64,000 nucleotides of DNA from an uncultured Bacilli bacterium (GTDB lineage Bacteria > Bacillota_I > Bacilli_A > RF39 > UBA660), in NCBI GenBank assembly GCA_947629165.1, contig CANRCR010000004.1, forward strand, positions 4,347 to 68,346, in the 5' to 3' direction. Below the pieces are notes generated by a model. The model was not told the origin of the DNA. It saw only the letters and a list, made by a program, of their open reading frames with translations, and did not search any database. The position numbers were made by a program, and so were the translations under genes. Positions 56,106-64,000 of the stretch are shown here, in pieces. The number at the start of each line of letters is the position of its first letter. The first letter of the stretch is position 1.

Positions 56106-56185
56106 AAATATAAGTCCAAGTAAAGAGCAATTTGATAATCTGTCTAAAAAATAAATAATAGTTCTATAAAGTAGGTGACATATAT

Positions 56186-57664
56186 ATGAATAATTACAGT
56201 TTACAAGTACCTTCTTCTGTTATAGGAGGTTACTTTAGTACCGAACAGATCGACTTGTTATCTATAATTCAGTGCCAATCGCTCGATGAATTAATTAAAT
56301 TCGTGGCAGAATGTGATCAGATAAATAATGTAAAAGGTATATTTGAATCTATGAATGGAATGGATTTAGAAACTGCTAAAAGGAAGGCCTTTAAAACTTA
56401 TCAAGATACACTTGTTTATCATGATCAAGGAATGATAGAATCGAGGAGTAATCGTCTAAATTATTTAGGACTTGCTTCCGAAGAAGAATTAATGTCTGTT
56501 CTTGAAAAGACGCATCCTAGAAGTCAGGAAATATTAGCACGAAATCACCATTTTATTTCGGAAGAGAGAGACCAGATAAAAGATCCGGATATGTATGATG
56601 AAATGGTATTATTGAATGAACAATTGTCCAATTTCAATTGCCTTTTAATCGAATCAGGTAAAATTCACTTTGTAGTTAATAAATACGATAGTGATAAAAG
56701 TAATCAATTTGATTTCTATCATGCCCAAAGAGATTTAGATTTTGCTTATCGAAATGGGAAACAAGTACGATATCATTCGTTATTAGTAAAAGAAACTGGT
56801 CGTGTATTGGAAAATAAATCGAAAGAAGAGATAATTGAATTAATAAAAGATTATGTTAAAGCAAGTATCGATTTTATAAATAGTTACAATAATAGTCACA
56901 AAGTAATGTTTGATGGAAAAGAAAAACCAGTGATAGGTGCTATCGATTTGTTTAATGAAATAATAAGCTTCGAAAAAAATCAACAAGGGGAATACTTTAA
57001 TATATGGGAAGAAAAATATGGAATAACATTACCCGAGTTATTGTCTTGCTTTGATTATGCTTTCGAACATAAGCCAGAGGGAGTTTCTTATTTGTATAAT
57101 GAGCCATTTTTAGAAAATGACGAGCGAAGAAAGAAAGTAATAGAAACTTTAAATCAAATCCATTCCCTCCGACCAGGATTAATTGATACAATGGGTACTC
57201 AAATGCACATTACCATTACGCAAGATTTAGATAGTGTGAAAAGAAGTTTAGAAGATTTAAGAAAACTAGAAGAACAGGAAATGAAAATTCAGATAACCGA
57301 ATTTGATATGTCTCTAGGTAGATTAGATGTATCACATGTTTTTGGTCCGAATCCCGATGCTACTTTGCAACAAGTATATCAACTTAAAACTGCTAAAATT
57401 GAAAAATTATCCGAAATAATTAGAACTTCAGGAGTACATCTATCGGGTGTATCCTATTGGGCATTAACCGATCGTGTTGATAGTAATTTAGAAAGAGTAC
57501 GTAGTAATGCTTTAAAGAATCGACAAATTACGGATGTTCATGAAATCCCAACGGTGTGTGGAGGACTTTTTCCAACCTATCAGATGCGTATAAAAAGTAA
57601 TGAAACAATCGAACGAACGAGTGGAAAAGAGAACACCAACCAACCTACTGGTATAAGTAAATAA
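56186..57664 (+). CDS. Hypothetical cytoplasmic protein (492 aa); C-terminal half has motifs reminiscent of a GH10-type (beta/alpha)8 glycoside hydrolase
   Basis: Ordered motifs AIDLFNE (like WDVVNE), GTQMH, QITEFDM (like ITELD nucleophile) and GVSYWALTD (like WGVxD). No signal peptide. Assignment is tentative. Confidence 0.45.
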   Translation: MNNYSLQVPSSVIGGYFSTEQIDLLSIIQCQSLDELIKFVAECDQINNVKGIFESMNGMDLETAKRKAFKTYQDTLVYHDQGMIESRSNRLNYLGLASEEELMSVLEKTHPRSQEILARNHHFISEERDQIKDPDMYDEMVLLNEQLSNFNCLLIESGKIHFVVNKYDSDKSNQFDFYHAQRDLDFAYRNGKQVRYHSLLVKETGRVLENKSKEEIIELIKDYVKASIDFINSYNNSHKVMFDGKEKPVIGAIDLFNEIISFEKNQQGEYFNIWEEKYGITLPELLSCFDYAFEHKPEGVSYLYNEPFLENDERRKKVIETLNQIHSLRPGLIDTMGTQMHITITQDLDSVKRSLEDLRKLEEQEMKIQITEFDMSLGRLDVSHVFGPNPDATLQQVYQLKTAKIEKLSEIIRTSGVHLSGVSYWALTDRVDSNLERVRSNALKNRQITDVHEIPTVCGGLFPTYQMRIKSNETIERTSGKENTNQPTGISK

Positions 57665-57687
57665 AAAGATAGAGATATCTTTTTTTT
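57665..57687 (+). terminator. AT-rich hairpin plus T-run after the 56186-57664 gene
   Basis: Stem AAAGATA, loop GAGA, stem TATCTTT, then T6. Confidence 0.45.
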
Positions 57688-57787
57688 AATAGTTTATTAT
57701 AAGTGTGTCTTATTAATATCATAATAAATATATATTTTACTTATTAATAATCCGGCCATACAATGGAAGTGCAAGGAGGAAAATAAG

Positions 57788-58531
57788 ATGAAATATAAAA
57801 TTATTATTACCTCGGGAGGTACCAGTGAAAGAATCGATAATGTTCGAAAAATAACGAATAGCAGTTCGGGTAAATTAGGTTGTACGATTGCTAATCAATT
57901 GATGACGCAGGAAGAAGAACGTATCGAAAAGATTTATTATGTATGTTCCAAAACGGCTGTAAGGCCACAAAATAGTAAAATCGAAGTACTAGAAATTATC
58001 AATACCGAAGACTTGAAAAGAACAATCGAAACATTACTAAAAAAGGAAAAAATCGATTACATTATCCATTCTATGGCCGTATCGGATTACACCGTTGATT
58101 TTGTTACAACGGCAAGAAACATAAGTGACAATATAAAAGGGCATCCTGAAAAAGATCCTTACGACTTAATTTGTCAAAATGTAAATAAACTCGTTGCCAA
58201 CAAGATTTCCTCGAACGAAGAAGATCTTATTATTAAATTAAAAAGAACGCCTAAAATAATCTCATTAATTAAAGAAATGAGTCCTGCTACCCATTTAATA
58301 GGTTTTAAATTATTAGATGGAGTAACGCAGGAAGAATTAATCGAAGTAGCCACAAAATTAAAAGAAAAGAACAAATGTGATTTAGTAGTAGCAAACGATT
58401 TAAGTAATATCCGAAAAGGGAATCATTTAGCTTATATCGTTAAAGATTGGCATGACTACATTCCAGTATCGGGAAAAGAAGCGATTGCTAATCAATTAGT
58501 AAGTGAGATGTTTAGAAATGATTCACTATAA
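57788..58531 (+). CDS. coaB: Phosphopantothenate--cysteine ligase-like protein (stand-alone CoaB domain)
   Basis: CoaB signature ITSGGTSERIDNVRKITNSSSGKLG, plus SMAVSDY, IGFKLLD and DLVVANDL blocks; 247 aa, no CoaC domain. Confidence 0.8.
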   Translation: MKYKIIITSGGTSERIDNVRKITNSSSGKLGCTIANQLMTQEEERIEKIYYVCSKTAVRPQNSKIEVLEIINTEDLKRTIETLLKKEKIDYIIHSMAVSDYTVDFVTTARNISDNIKGHPEKDPYDLICQNVNKLVANKISSNEEDLIIKLKRTPKIISLIKEMSPATHLIGFKLLDGVTQEELIEVATKLKEKNKCDLVVANDLSNIRKGNHLAYIVKDWHDYIPVSGKEAIANQLVSEMFRNDSL

Positions 58532-59189
58532 GGAAAAAGAAATAACCGATTTAGAAGCCACCACCATTGATCAACAATATAAAGAATTGTTACAAGGAAC
58601 CGAGAATTTTTTTATACTCCATTTTCAATCGATGGACTACGCGCTAACCAAAGAAAAAAGTTTCTTTCTCCTTGAAAATAAACAAAAGTTTATCGAAGAG
58701 ACGATGAAAGATGATTACTACCATACCGTAATTAAAGACCACATAATCGAAGAAAACGATACCCTCACTATTTTTAAAAAATATATAAAACAGTACCGTA
58801 ATTTGATGGAAAAACAACTCTATGGAAATAAGTATCTTTTTGGAAGTGTCGCGGTAAGAATTAATCAAGAAAGTTTTGTTACAACGATTCGTGGAAAAGA
58901 AAATCTAGATGAATACACCATCGTCCAAAAAGTTGATTTTAATCGACACGAAGTCTTAGTAAATAGGAAAAAAGCCACTTTAAATGCTCCTTTATTAGCG
59001 CATCTTTTTAAAAATCCAAAAGTGAAAGTTATTGTTCATATCAATCATACCTTTGATGAAAAACTTCCCTATTTGGAATATGCTTTTCCAGGAACAGTAA
59101 GAGATTCGATACGAAGTAACACGACCTCTTTTAATATCCAATACCACGGTTTATTTTATCTTTTCGATGAAGATGGAAATTTATTATAG
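58518..59189 (+). CDS. Class II aldolase/adducin-fold protein (divergent)
   Basis: GSVAVRINQESFVTTIRGKEN...APLLAHLFKNPKVKVIVHINHT follows the class II aldolase/MtnB/adducin pattern but is degenerate. Overlaps the coaB end; start uncertain (GTG 58503 or ATG 58518). Confidence 0.5.
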   Translation: MIHYKEKEITDLEATTIDQQYKELLQGTENFFILHFQSMDYALTKEKSFFLLENKQKFIEETMKDDYYHTVIKDHIIEENDTLTIFKKYIKQYRNLMEKQLYGNKYLFGSVAVRINQESFVTTIRGKENLDEYTIVQKVDFNRHEVLVNRKKATLNAPLLAHLFKNPKVKVIVHINHTFDEKLPYLEYAFPGTVRDSIRSNTTSFNIQYHGLFYLFDEDGNLL

Positions 59190-59204
59190 AAAGAAGTGAT
59201 TAAA

Positions 59205-59840
59205 ATGAAATATCCAAAACACGATGTTTATGAAGCGTTATACAAACGTTATTTTAAAAAGGGAGTCCAGTATTTAATGGACCCCATAACCTTTAATAAA
59301 AACGATAAAGTGCTCGATTTATGTGGAGGAAATGGAAGATTAACGAAAGAATTAAAGAAACAAGTAGAGGATGTCACCTACTTAGATCAAGAAAAAGATA
59401 TGATTCCGGAAGATTTAGAAACACTTGGGATAAAAGTATTTAATCAAAGCGTTCAAAGTTTTATCGATCATCCCAATCAAACGTATGATAAAGTTTTTTG
59501 TGAACAAGCAATCAATTATTGGCTATTAGAGGTGGATTCAAAAAAGTTAAGTCAGATTTTTCGTCCTAACGGATTATTTGTCTTTAATACTTTTTCTAAA
59601 AAACCATCGACCAAGCCAATGATAAAAGAATATGTAATTGATGAAGTTACCTATTTAGAAATAGCTTATTTAGTAGGAAATAAAGTAGAGCATATTCAAG
59701 TAAGAGAAGGGTATGCACCACATATAACGACTTTTGATTGGATTTCTAGGGATACGTATGAAAAATTACTAAGTCCATACTTTGATATTCAAGTACAGGA
59801 TGATGGCAAAAGTGCTTTATATATATTGAGGAGAAAATAA
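59205..59840 (+). CDS. Class I SAM-dependent methyltransferase
   Basis: Motif I VLDLCGGNGRLT; 212 aa. Confidence 0.75.
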   Translation: MKYPKHDVYEALYKRYFKKGVQYLMDPITFNKNDKVLDLCGGNGRLTKELKKQVEDVTYLDQEKDMIPEDLETLGIKVFNQSVQSFIDHPNQTYDKVFCEQAINYWLLEVDSKKLSQIFRPNGLFVFNTFSKKPSTKPMIKEYVIDEVTYLEIAYLVGNKVEHIQVREGYAPHITTFDWISRDTYEKLLSPYFDIQVQDDGKSALYILRRK

Positions 59841-60835
59841 TGAATTATTCGAGTGGTTTATACAATGTAATTAATCAAAAAGAAATTAACGAGAGTATTG
59901 AGCGGGTCCTTCAAAGTGACATAGATTTTAATACCTACGTATCGCCAAAGGGACTAAAAGAATTAAGAAAAACGATTGCTACTTTTTTAAATCAAAATGA
60001 ACAGATGAAGGTGACGGATCAGGAAATCTTAATTACTACAGGATCCCAACAATCGATTAATCTCGTCGTTGATACTTTCCTTAAAGAAAACGATAAAATT
60101 CTAGTCGAAGAACCTACCTATTATAGTGCCCTAGAGGTGTTTAGTAGAAAAAAGTTAAAGGTGACTGGAATTCCGTTAATGGAAGAAGGACTTGATCTTC
60201 AAGTTTTGGAAGAGAAGATAAAGGAACAAAAACCCCAATTAATCTACGTTGTTCCTACGTTTAATAATCCAACCGGATACACTTGGTCCATCGAGGAAAG
60301 AAAAGCTTTTTTAAAAATTATCAACACCTATCGTCTTTTAGTTATCGAAGATGACCCGTACCATTATCTTAACTATACTGATCAAAAATATCCTACATTA
60401 TACGAGTTAAATCAGGGAGAAAATGTTATCTATTTGGGAACATTTTCAAAACTAATCAGTCCCTCGATTAATGTCGGTTACATAGTGACGCATCACGCGA
60501 TGGAACAGCTTTATCAAATAAAGAAAAGTTATGATTTATGTACTTCAACGTTTCTTCAATACGTCGTGTTAGATTACTTAAATCATAATGATTTACGTGC
60601 ATTAATCTCAAAAAAAATACGGATTTATCGTTCTTTGTTAGAAAAAAGTAGAAACATACTAAAAAGTTCGAATCAAATTAGTAAAATGACAACACCAAAA
60701 GGAGGGCTTTTCTATTTAGTTCAGTTTAAAACACCGATAGATTTAAAGAAATACGAGAATGCCAACATTTTTTATCTCGATCAAAATCATGCACAGGAAG
60801 CGCGAATTAATATTTGTAGTTTCCTAGAAAGATAA
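59840..60835 (+). CDS. PLP-dependent aminotransferase (fold type I, class I/II-like), short form
   Basis: VVPTFNNPTGYTWS and SFSK-type lysine block (GTFSKLISPS); start overlaps the previous stop. Confidence 0.75.
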   Translation: MNYSSGLYNVINQKEINESIERVLQSDIDFNTYVSPKGLKELRKTIATFLNQNEQMKVTDQEILITTGSQQSINLVVDTFLKENDKILVEEPTYYSALEVFSRKKLKVTGIPLMEEGLDLQVLEEKIKEQKPQLIYVVPTFNNPTGYTWSIEERKAFLKIINTYRLLVIEDDPYHYLNYTDQKYPTLYELNQGENVIYLGTFSKLISPSINVGYIVTHHAMEQLYQIKKSYDLCTSTFLQYVVLDYLNHNDLRALISKKIRIYRSLLEKSRNILKSSNQISKMTTPKGGLFYLVQFKTPIDLKKYENANIFYLDQNHAQEARINICSFLER

Positions 60836-60894
60836 TATTGAAAAAGAAATAAGATTGTTTTATAATGAATACATAAATAATTTTTAAAAATTTA

Positions 60895-60988
60895 CCTTAT
60901 TGAGAGTGATGGAGGGAATAGGCCCTGTGAAGTCCAGCAACCTATTAAATTAGGTGCTAAATCCTACGGTAAATGCCGAGAGATAAGG
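60895..60988 (+). ncRNA. SAM-I (S-box) riboswitch aptamer upstream of metK
   Basis: CTTATTGAGAGTGATGGAGGGAATAGGCCCTGTGAAGTCCAGCAACC...GTGCTAAATCCTACGG...GCCGAGAGATAAGG matches the S-box consensus with P1 closure CTTAT/ATAAG. Confidence 0.85.
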
Positions 60989-60995
60989 ATAATCC

Positions 60996-61033
60996 AACGT
61001 TTAAAGTGATTATCTTTAAACGTTTTTCTTTTG
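60996..61033 (+). terminator. Riboswitch expression-platform terminator
   Basis: 11-bp stem AACGTTTAAAG / CTTTAAACGTT, then TTTCTTTT, 27 nt before the metK start. Confidence 0.8.
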
Positions 61034-61059
61034 TAAGGTAAATTTAGAAGGAGGATAAA

Positions 61060-62178
61060 ATGGAAAAATTATTTACAACAGAATCAGTAACGATGGGGCA
61101 TCCTGATAAATTGAGTGACCTCATTGCCGATTCGATTTTGGATGCTTACCTAGCAAAAGATGAAGATGCCCGGGTCGCTTGTGAGGTAGCGTTAAGCAAA
61201 AACAAAGTATTTATTATGGGAGAAATAACAAGTAAGGCGAAAGTGGATATCGAACAGGTGGTGCGCAAGGTTATCGTCGAAGTCGGATATAATCGAGACG
61301 AACTCCTTTTTAATGGAAATACCTGTGAATTTGTGATTGATATAAGTAACCAGTCGCCCGATATTGCGCAAGGAGTAAACAAAAAGGATATCGGTGCAGG
61401 AGATCAAGGAATCATGTACGGATATGCGACCAAAGAAACAGAAAATGGTATGCCATTAGTACATAATTTAGCACATGCGTTAACCAAAAGACTCGAAGAA
61501 GTACGAAAGAAAGGAGTTATCGAAGGGCTAAGGCCGGATGGAAAAGCCCAAGTGACACTTGCGAAAAGTGAAAAAGATACCTATGTGAAAACGTTAGTAC
61601 TATCTACCCAACACGATGCATCGAAAGAATTAACGGTATTACGAAAAGAGATTATCGAAAAAGTAATTAAAAAAGTAATTCCTGAGACGTTATTGCGTAA
61701 AGAGACAGAAATACTTATTAATCCAACGGGACGATTTGTAGTAGGAGGTCCCATCGCGGATACGGGTGTCACAGGCAGAAAGACGATGGTTGATACCTAT
61801 GGAGGTCTCGCCCATCATGGCGGAGGTGCTTTTAGTGGAAAAGACTACACCAAAGTGGACCGAAGTGCTGCCTATTATGCGCGATATGTCGCCAAAAACG
61901 TAGTGGCGAATCAGATGGCCGATGAATGTGAAGTGCGTGTTGCCTATGCCATCGGTATTTCAAAACCCGTCATGCTAGAAATAGATACTTTTCATACTTA
62001 TAAGATCCCCGAAATAGAAATAAAAGAATATATTCTAAATAATTTTGATTTTACACCGAAGAATATGATAAAAGAACTTGCTTTAAAAAAACAAAAGTAT
62101 GCAGAAACAACTAGAAACTATCATTTTGGAAAAGATTCTTTCCCTTGGGAAAAAGTAAAAAAAGTTCCTTCAAAATAA
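61060..62178 (+). CDS. metK: S-adenosylmethionine synthetase
   Basis: MEKLFTTESVTMGHPDKLSDLIADSILDAYL and GGGAFSGKD motifs. Confidence 0.95.
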   Translation: MEKLFTTESVTMGHPDKLSDLIADSILDAYLAKDEDARVACEVALSKNKVFIMGEITSKAKVDIEQVVRKVIVEVGYNRDELLFNGNTCEFVIDISNQSPDIAQGVNKKDIGAGDQGIMYGYATKETENGMPLVHNLAHALTKRLEEVRKKGVIEGLRPDGKAQVTLAKSEKDTYVKTLVLSTQHDASKELTVLRKEIIEKVIKKVIPETLLRKETEILINPTGRFVVGGPIADTGVTGRKTMVDTYGGLAHHGGGAFSGKDYTKVDRSAAYYARYVAKNVVANQMADECEVRVAYAIGISKPVMLEIDTFHTYKIPEIEIKEYILNNFDFTPKNMIKELALKKQKYAETTRNYHFGKDSFPWEKVKKVPSK

Positions 62179-62248
62179 AAAACTACTTCGTTGCTAGAAA
62201 ACCTAAATTATTATATAATTTAAAGTAGAGAATAAAAAAGAAGGTGTT

Positions 62249-63397
62249 TTGATGAAGGACTATTTTTTCACATTGAATAAAAAATGCTATAGTGTGAAGT
62301 TTCATCAAGATCGAATAGAAGTTACTAGGTTAGAAAATGGGCAATTAAAGGAATTAACTTCGGATGAGCAAAAAGAAATAGAAAAAGTAATTCATCCAAA
62401 CAGAGGATTCATTTATTATAGTGATCGTCTTACGGGTTTAATAGAAAATAACAATCAAATTGATAATAAAGAGTTTTTAACCCCTTATTTAAATTTACTT
62501 GAACAGGCGATTCCTGACCAACTACTTGAAACTTTTTATAATAATGTCAAAACTTTAAAAACTTCGTTAGGCTTAAATATTGATTTCCAACAACCGGTTT
62601 CAACAAAAGAAGTGGGTACTAGTGGAGAATATAATATACCAGAAAATACAATAAATATTTATGATGATGCCGTAAGAAGAAAGTGGGATATTGCTCAAAG
62701 CGCTGCCAATCCCCAACAATTCTTTTGGAATTATTATTCGGGTACACTTATTCATGAACTAACACATATGGCTTCGAGTCATTATGATAAAGAAGAAAAA
62801 ATTTGTTATTGTGGTTTTGACAAAATACCACCTCTTTCAGAAAACGATCGAAATCGAGGCCTTACCGAAGGATTCACAGAATTATTTGCTTTGTTACTTG
62901 TCCCAGGCACATCCGAAAAAGCTTCGGACTACTTTGTGGAGACAAGTTTTGTTTTGCAAATGGCAAGTTTAATTGGCTTTGAACCTTTATGTAACTGCTA
63001 CTTTGCTAATTTAGGAATTGCTCCATTAGAGCAAGAAATGAGTAAATGGCTACCAAATCCCAATCAAGTAAGTGAATTATTTCGAAGTATCGAATTGAAT
63101 TTTAATCTTACGGGACGCCCTGGACCTCAAAATATATTGGGAAATATTCAAGCTACTTTACTAACGGGTCTCGAAACAAAATGTGAACAATTAGAATTTA
63201 TGGGGTGTGATAAAGAAATTAAACCTTTACTTACTACTTATGGTACAGCATTTATAACCGAAGATAAACTGAAGTTTATAAATCGTGACCCAGATGATTA
63301 TATTGGTTTAAGAGAAAGCCAAGCAAGATGGAATGCACTTTGTACAAAATATGGATTCGTACACGATAATGAACAAGAAAAGTCAAGTATGAAATAG
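62249..63397 (+). CDS. Hypothetical protein with thermolysin-like HExxH zinc-binding motif (HELTH, with a downstream Glu in EGFTE)
   Basis: LIHELTHMAS followed 34 aa later by TEGFTELFA (gluzincin-like spacing); no signal peptide; own TTGCTA (17 nt) TATAAT promoter. Confidence 0.45.
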   Translation: MMKDYFFTLNKKCYSVKFHQDRIEVTRLENGQLKELTSDEQKEIEKVIHPNRGFIYYSDRLTGLIENNNQIDNKEFLTPYLNLLEQAIPDQLLETFYNNVKTLKTSLGLNIDFQQPVSTKEVGTSGEYNIPENTINIYDDAVRRKWDIAQSAANPQQFFWNYYSGTLIHELTHMASSHYDKEEKICYCGFDKIPPLSENDRNRGLTEGFTELFALLLVPGTSEKASDYFVETSFVLQMASLIGFEPLCNCYFANLGIAPLEQEMSKWLPNPNQVSELFRSIELNFNLTGRPGPQNILGNIQATLLTGLETKCEQLEFMGCDKEIKPLLTTYGTAFITEDKLKFINRDPDDYIGLRESQARWNALCTKYGFVHDNEQEKSSMK

Positions 63398-63556
63398 AAA
63401 AGAGTGGGCAATATGAATTTGGAAGAATAAATTGATGAGCAACGTGAAAAAAAACAGTAAATTAAATTACCTAAAAAGGGATTGTAAAAAGTATAAAAAT
63501 TATGATAAAATAAATTCAACAGATCCAGTCGGGTTTGAAGTATTGGGAAGAAAGGA

Positions 63557-63937
63557 GTGAAAGAGGTGGACGCATTAAAATTAAACAAAGCCGCAGGTAT
63601 TTTAGATATTATTGCATCCGTTTTATATTTCATTGCCATTTTTGTCCTTGTAGGGGCTGCTGTAAATGAAGCAATGACAACAGGTCAAACAAGTTCAACA
63701 GAAATGTTAAGAAATGTATTATTGGTTTTTTCTGCTGTTTGCTTAGTATTACACATTGTAGCTCTAGTAAAGTCAAAACCATTAGGAATTAAAATTACTG
63801 GAAACATTCTTGGAATTATTGGACATGCAATTTATCTTCTTCTTGGAGCATTATTCGGATGGGTTGCTATGATTTTAACAATTCTTTCAGCAGTATTTAC
63901 TTTAAAAGACAACAAACTTCCAGAAGGAACGAAATAA
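63557..63937 (+). CDS. Small integral membrane protein (3-4 transmembrane helices)
   Basis: Hydrophobic segments IIASVLYFIAIFVLVGAAV, VLLVFSAVCLVLHIVALV and ILGIIGHAIYLLLGALFGWVAMILTIL. RBS AAAGGAGTG; the start may be GTG 63566. Confidence 0.5.
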   Translation: MKEVDALKLNKAAGILDIIASVLYFIAIFVLVGAAVNEAMTTGQTSSTEMLRNVLLVFSAVCLVLHIVALVKSKPLGIKITGNILGIIGHAIYLLLGALFGWVAMILTILSAVFTLKDNKLPEGTK

Positions 63938-64000
63938 AACTTCATATTTGAAGTTTTTTTCTTTTTATAGATAAATTTTGTGTAGTTGTAAATGATGTGA

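Noticed and set aside
58503-59189. Could the gene after coaB be coaC (PPC decarboxylase flavoprotein)?
   Set aside because: No flavodoxin-like N-terminal glycine-rich motif; the sequence follows the class II aldolase/adducin pattern instead.
1-64000. tRNA or rRNA genes, CRISPR arrays, IS elements and prophage genes
   Set aside because: No tRNA T-loop/acceptor-like sequences, no direct-repeat arrays with spacers, and no transposase, integrase or phage structural genes were recognisable anywhere in the window.

Overview
This 64 kb window is the origin-proximal region of a low-GC (about 30 % GC) Gram-positive chromosome. The backbone is densely packed with housekeeping genes in Bacillus-like order. 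From the left: dnaN (partial), dnaA, DnaA-box clusters (oriC), rpmH, rnpA, yidC, jag, mnmE, mnmG, rsmG, noc, soj, spo0J, mscS, DUF951, abgT, ychF, rpsF, ssb, rpsR, nrnA, rplI, dnaB, an M23/LysM peptidase, a walJ-like MBL hydrolase and rlmH. Further right: femAB, agcS, ung, lemA, pduL, PBP1A, rpoE, prfA, prmC, mntP, fba, murA, rpmE, rpiB, mbl, a tagO-like gene, csp, hpf, secA, an S-box riboswitch and metK. The organism looks like an endospore-former (spoIIR, spoIIID, a SpoIIQ-like protein, a YjcZ-like small protein and a GerQ-like coat protein). It also has rpoE (RNA polymerase delta) and noc, which points to a Bacilli/Erysipelotrichia-like lineage rather than Clostridia. The standout accessory system is a complete agr-type peptide quorum-sensing locus: an AgrA-like LytTR response regulator and an AgrC-like kinase, convergent with agrB and an unannotated 40-aa AgrD-like precursor, with tandem about 10-bp direct repeats upstream of agrB. 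Other points of interest are a class B sortase beside a 1784-aa wall-anchored repeat protein, and a tight coaB / aldolase-like / methyltransferase / aminotransferase operon upstream of the S-box and metK. Also notable are a Noc homologue with a roughly 230-aa Pro/Thr-rich insertion, identical 18-bp palindromes flanking mnmE, and an XRE regulator next to a large cytoplasmic protein with GH10-like motifs. An HExxH (HELTH) protein paired with a small membrane protein completes the list. No tRNA, rRNA, CRISPR or obvious mobile element was seen. All functional calls rest on by-eye motif recognition and synteny; no database search was possible.
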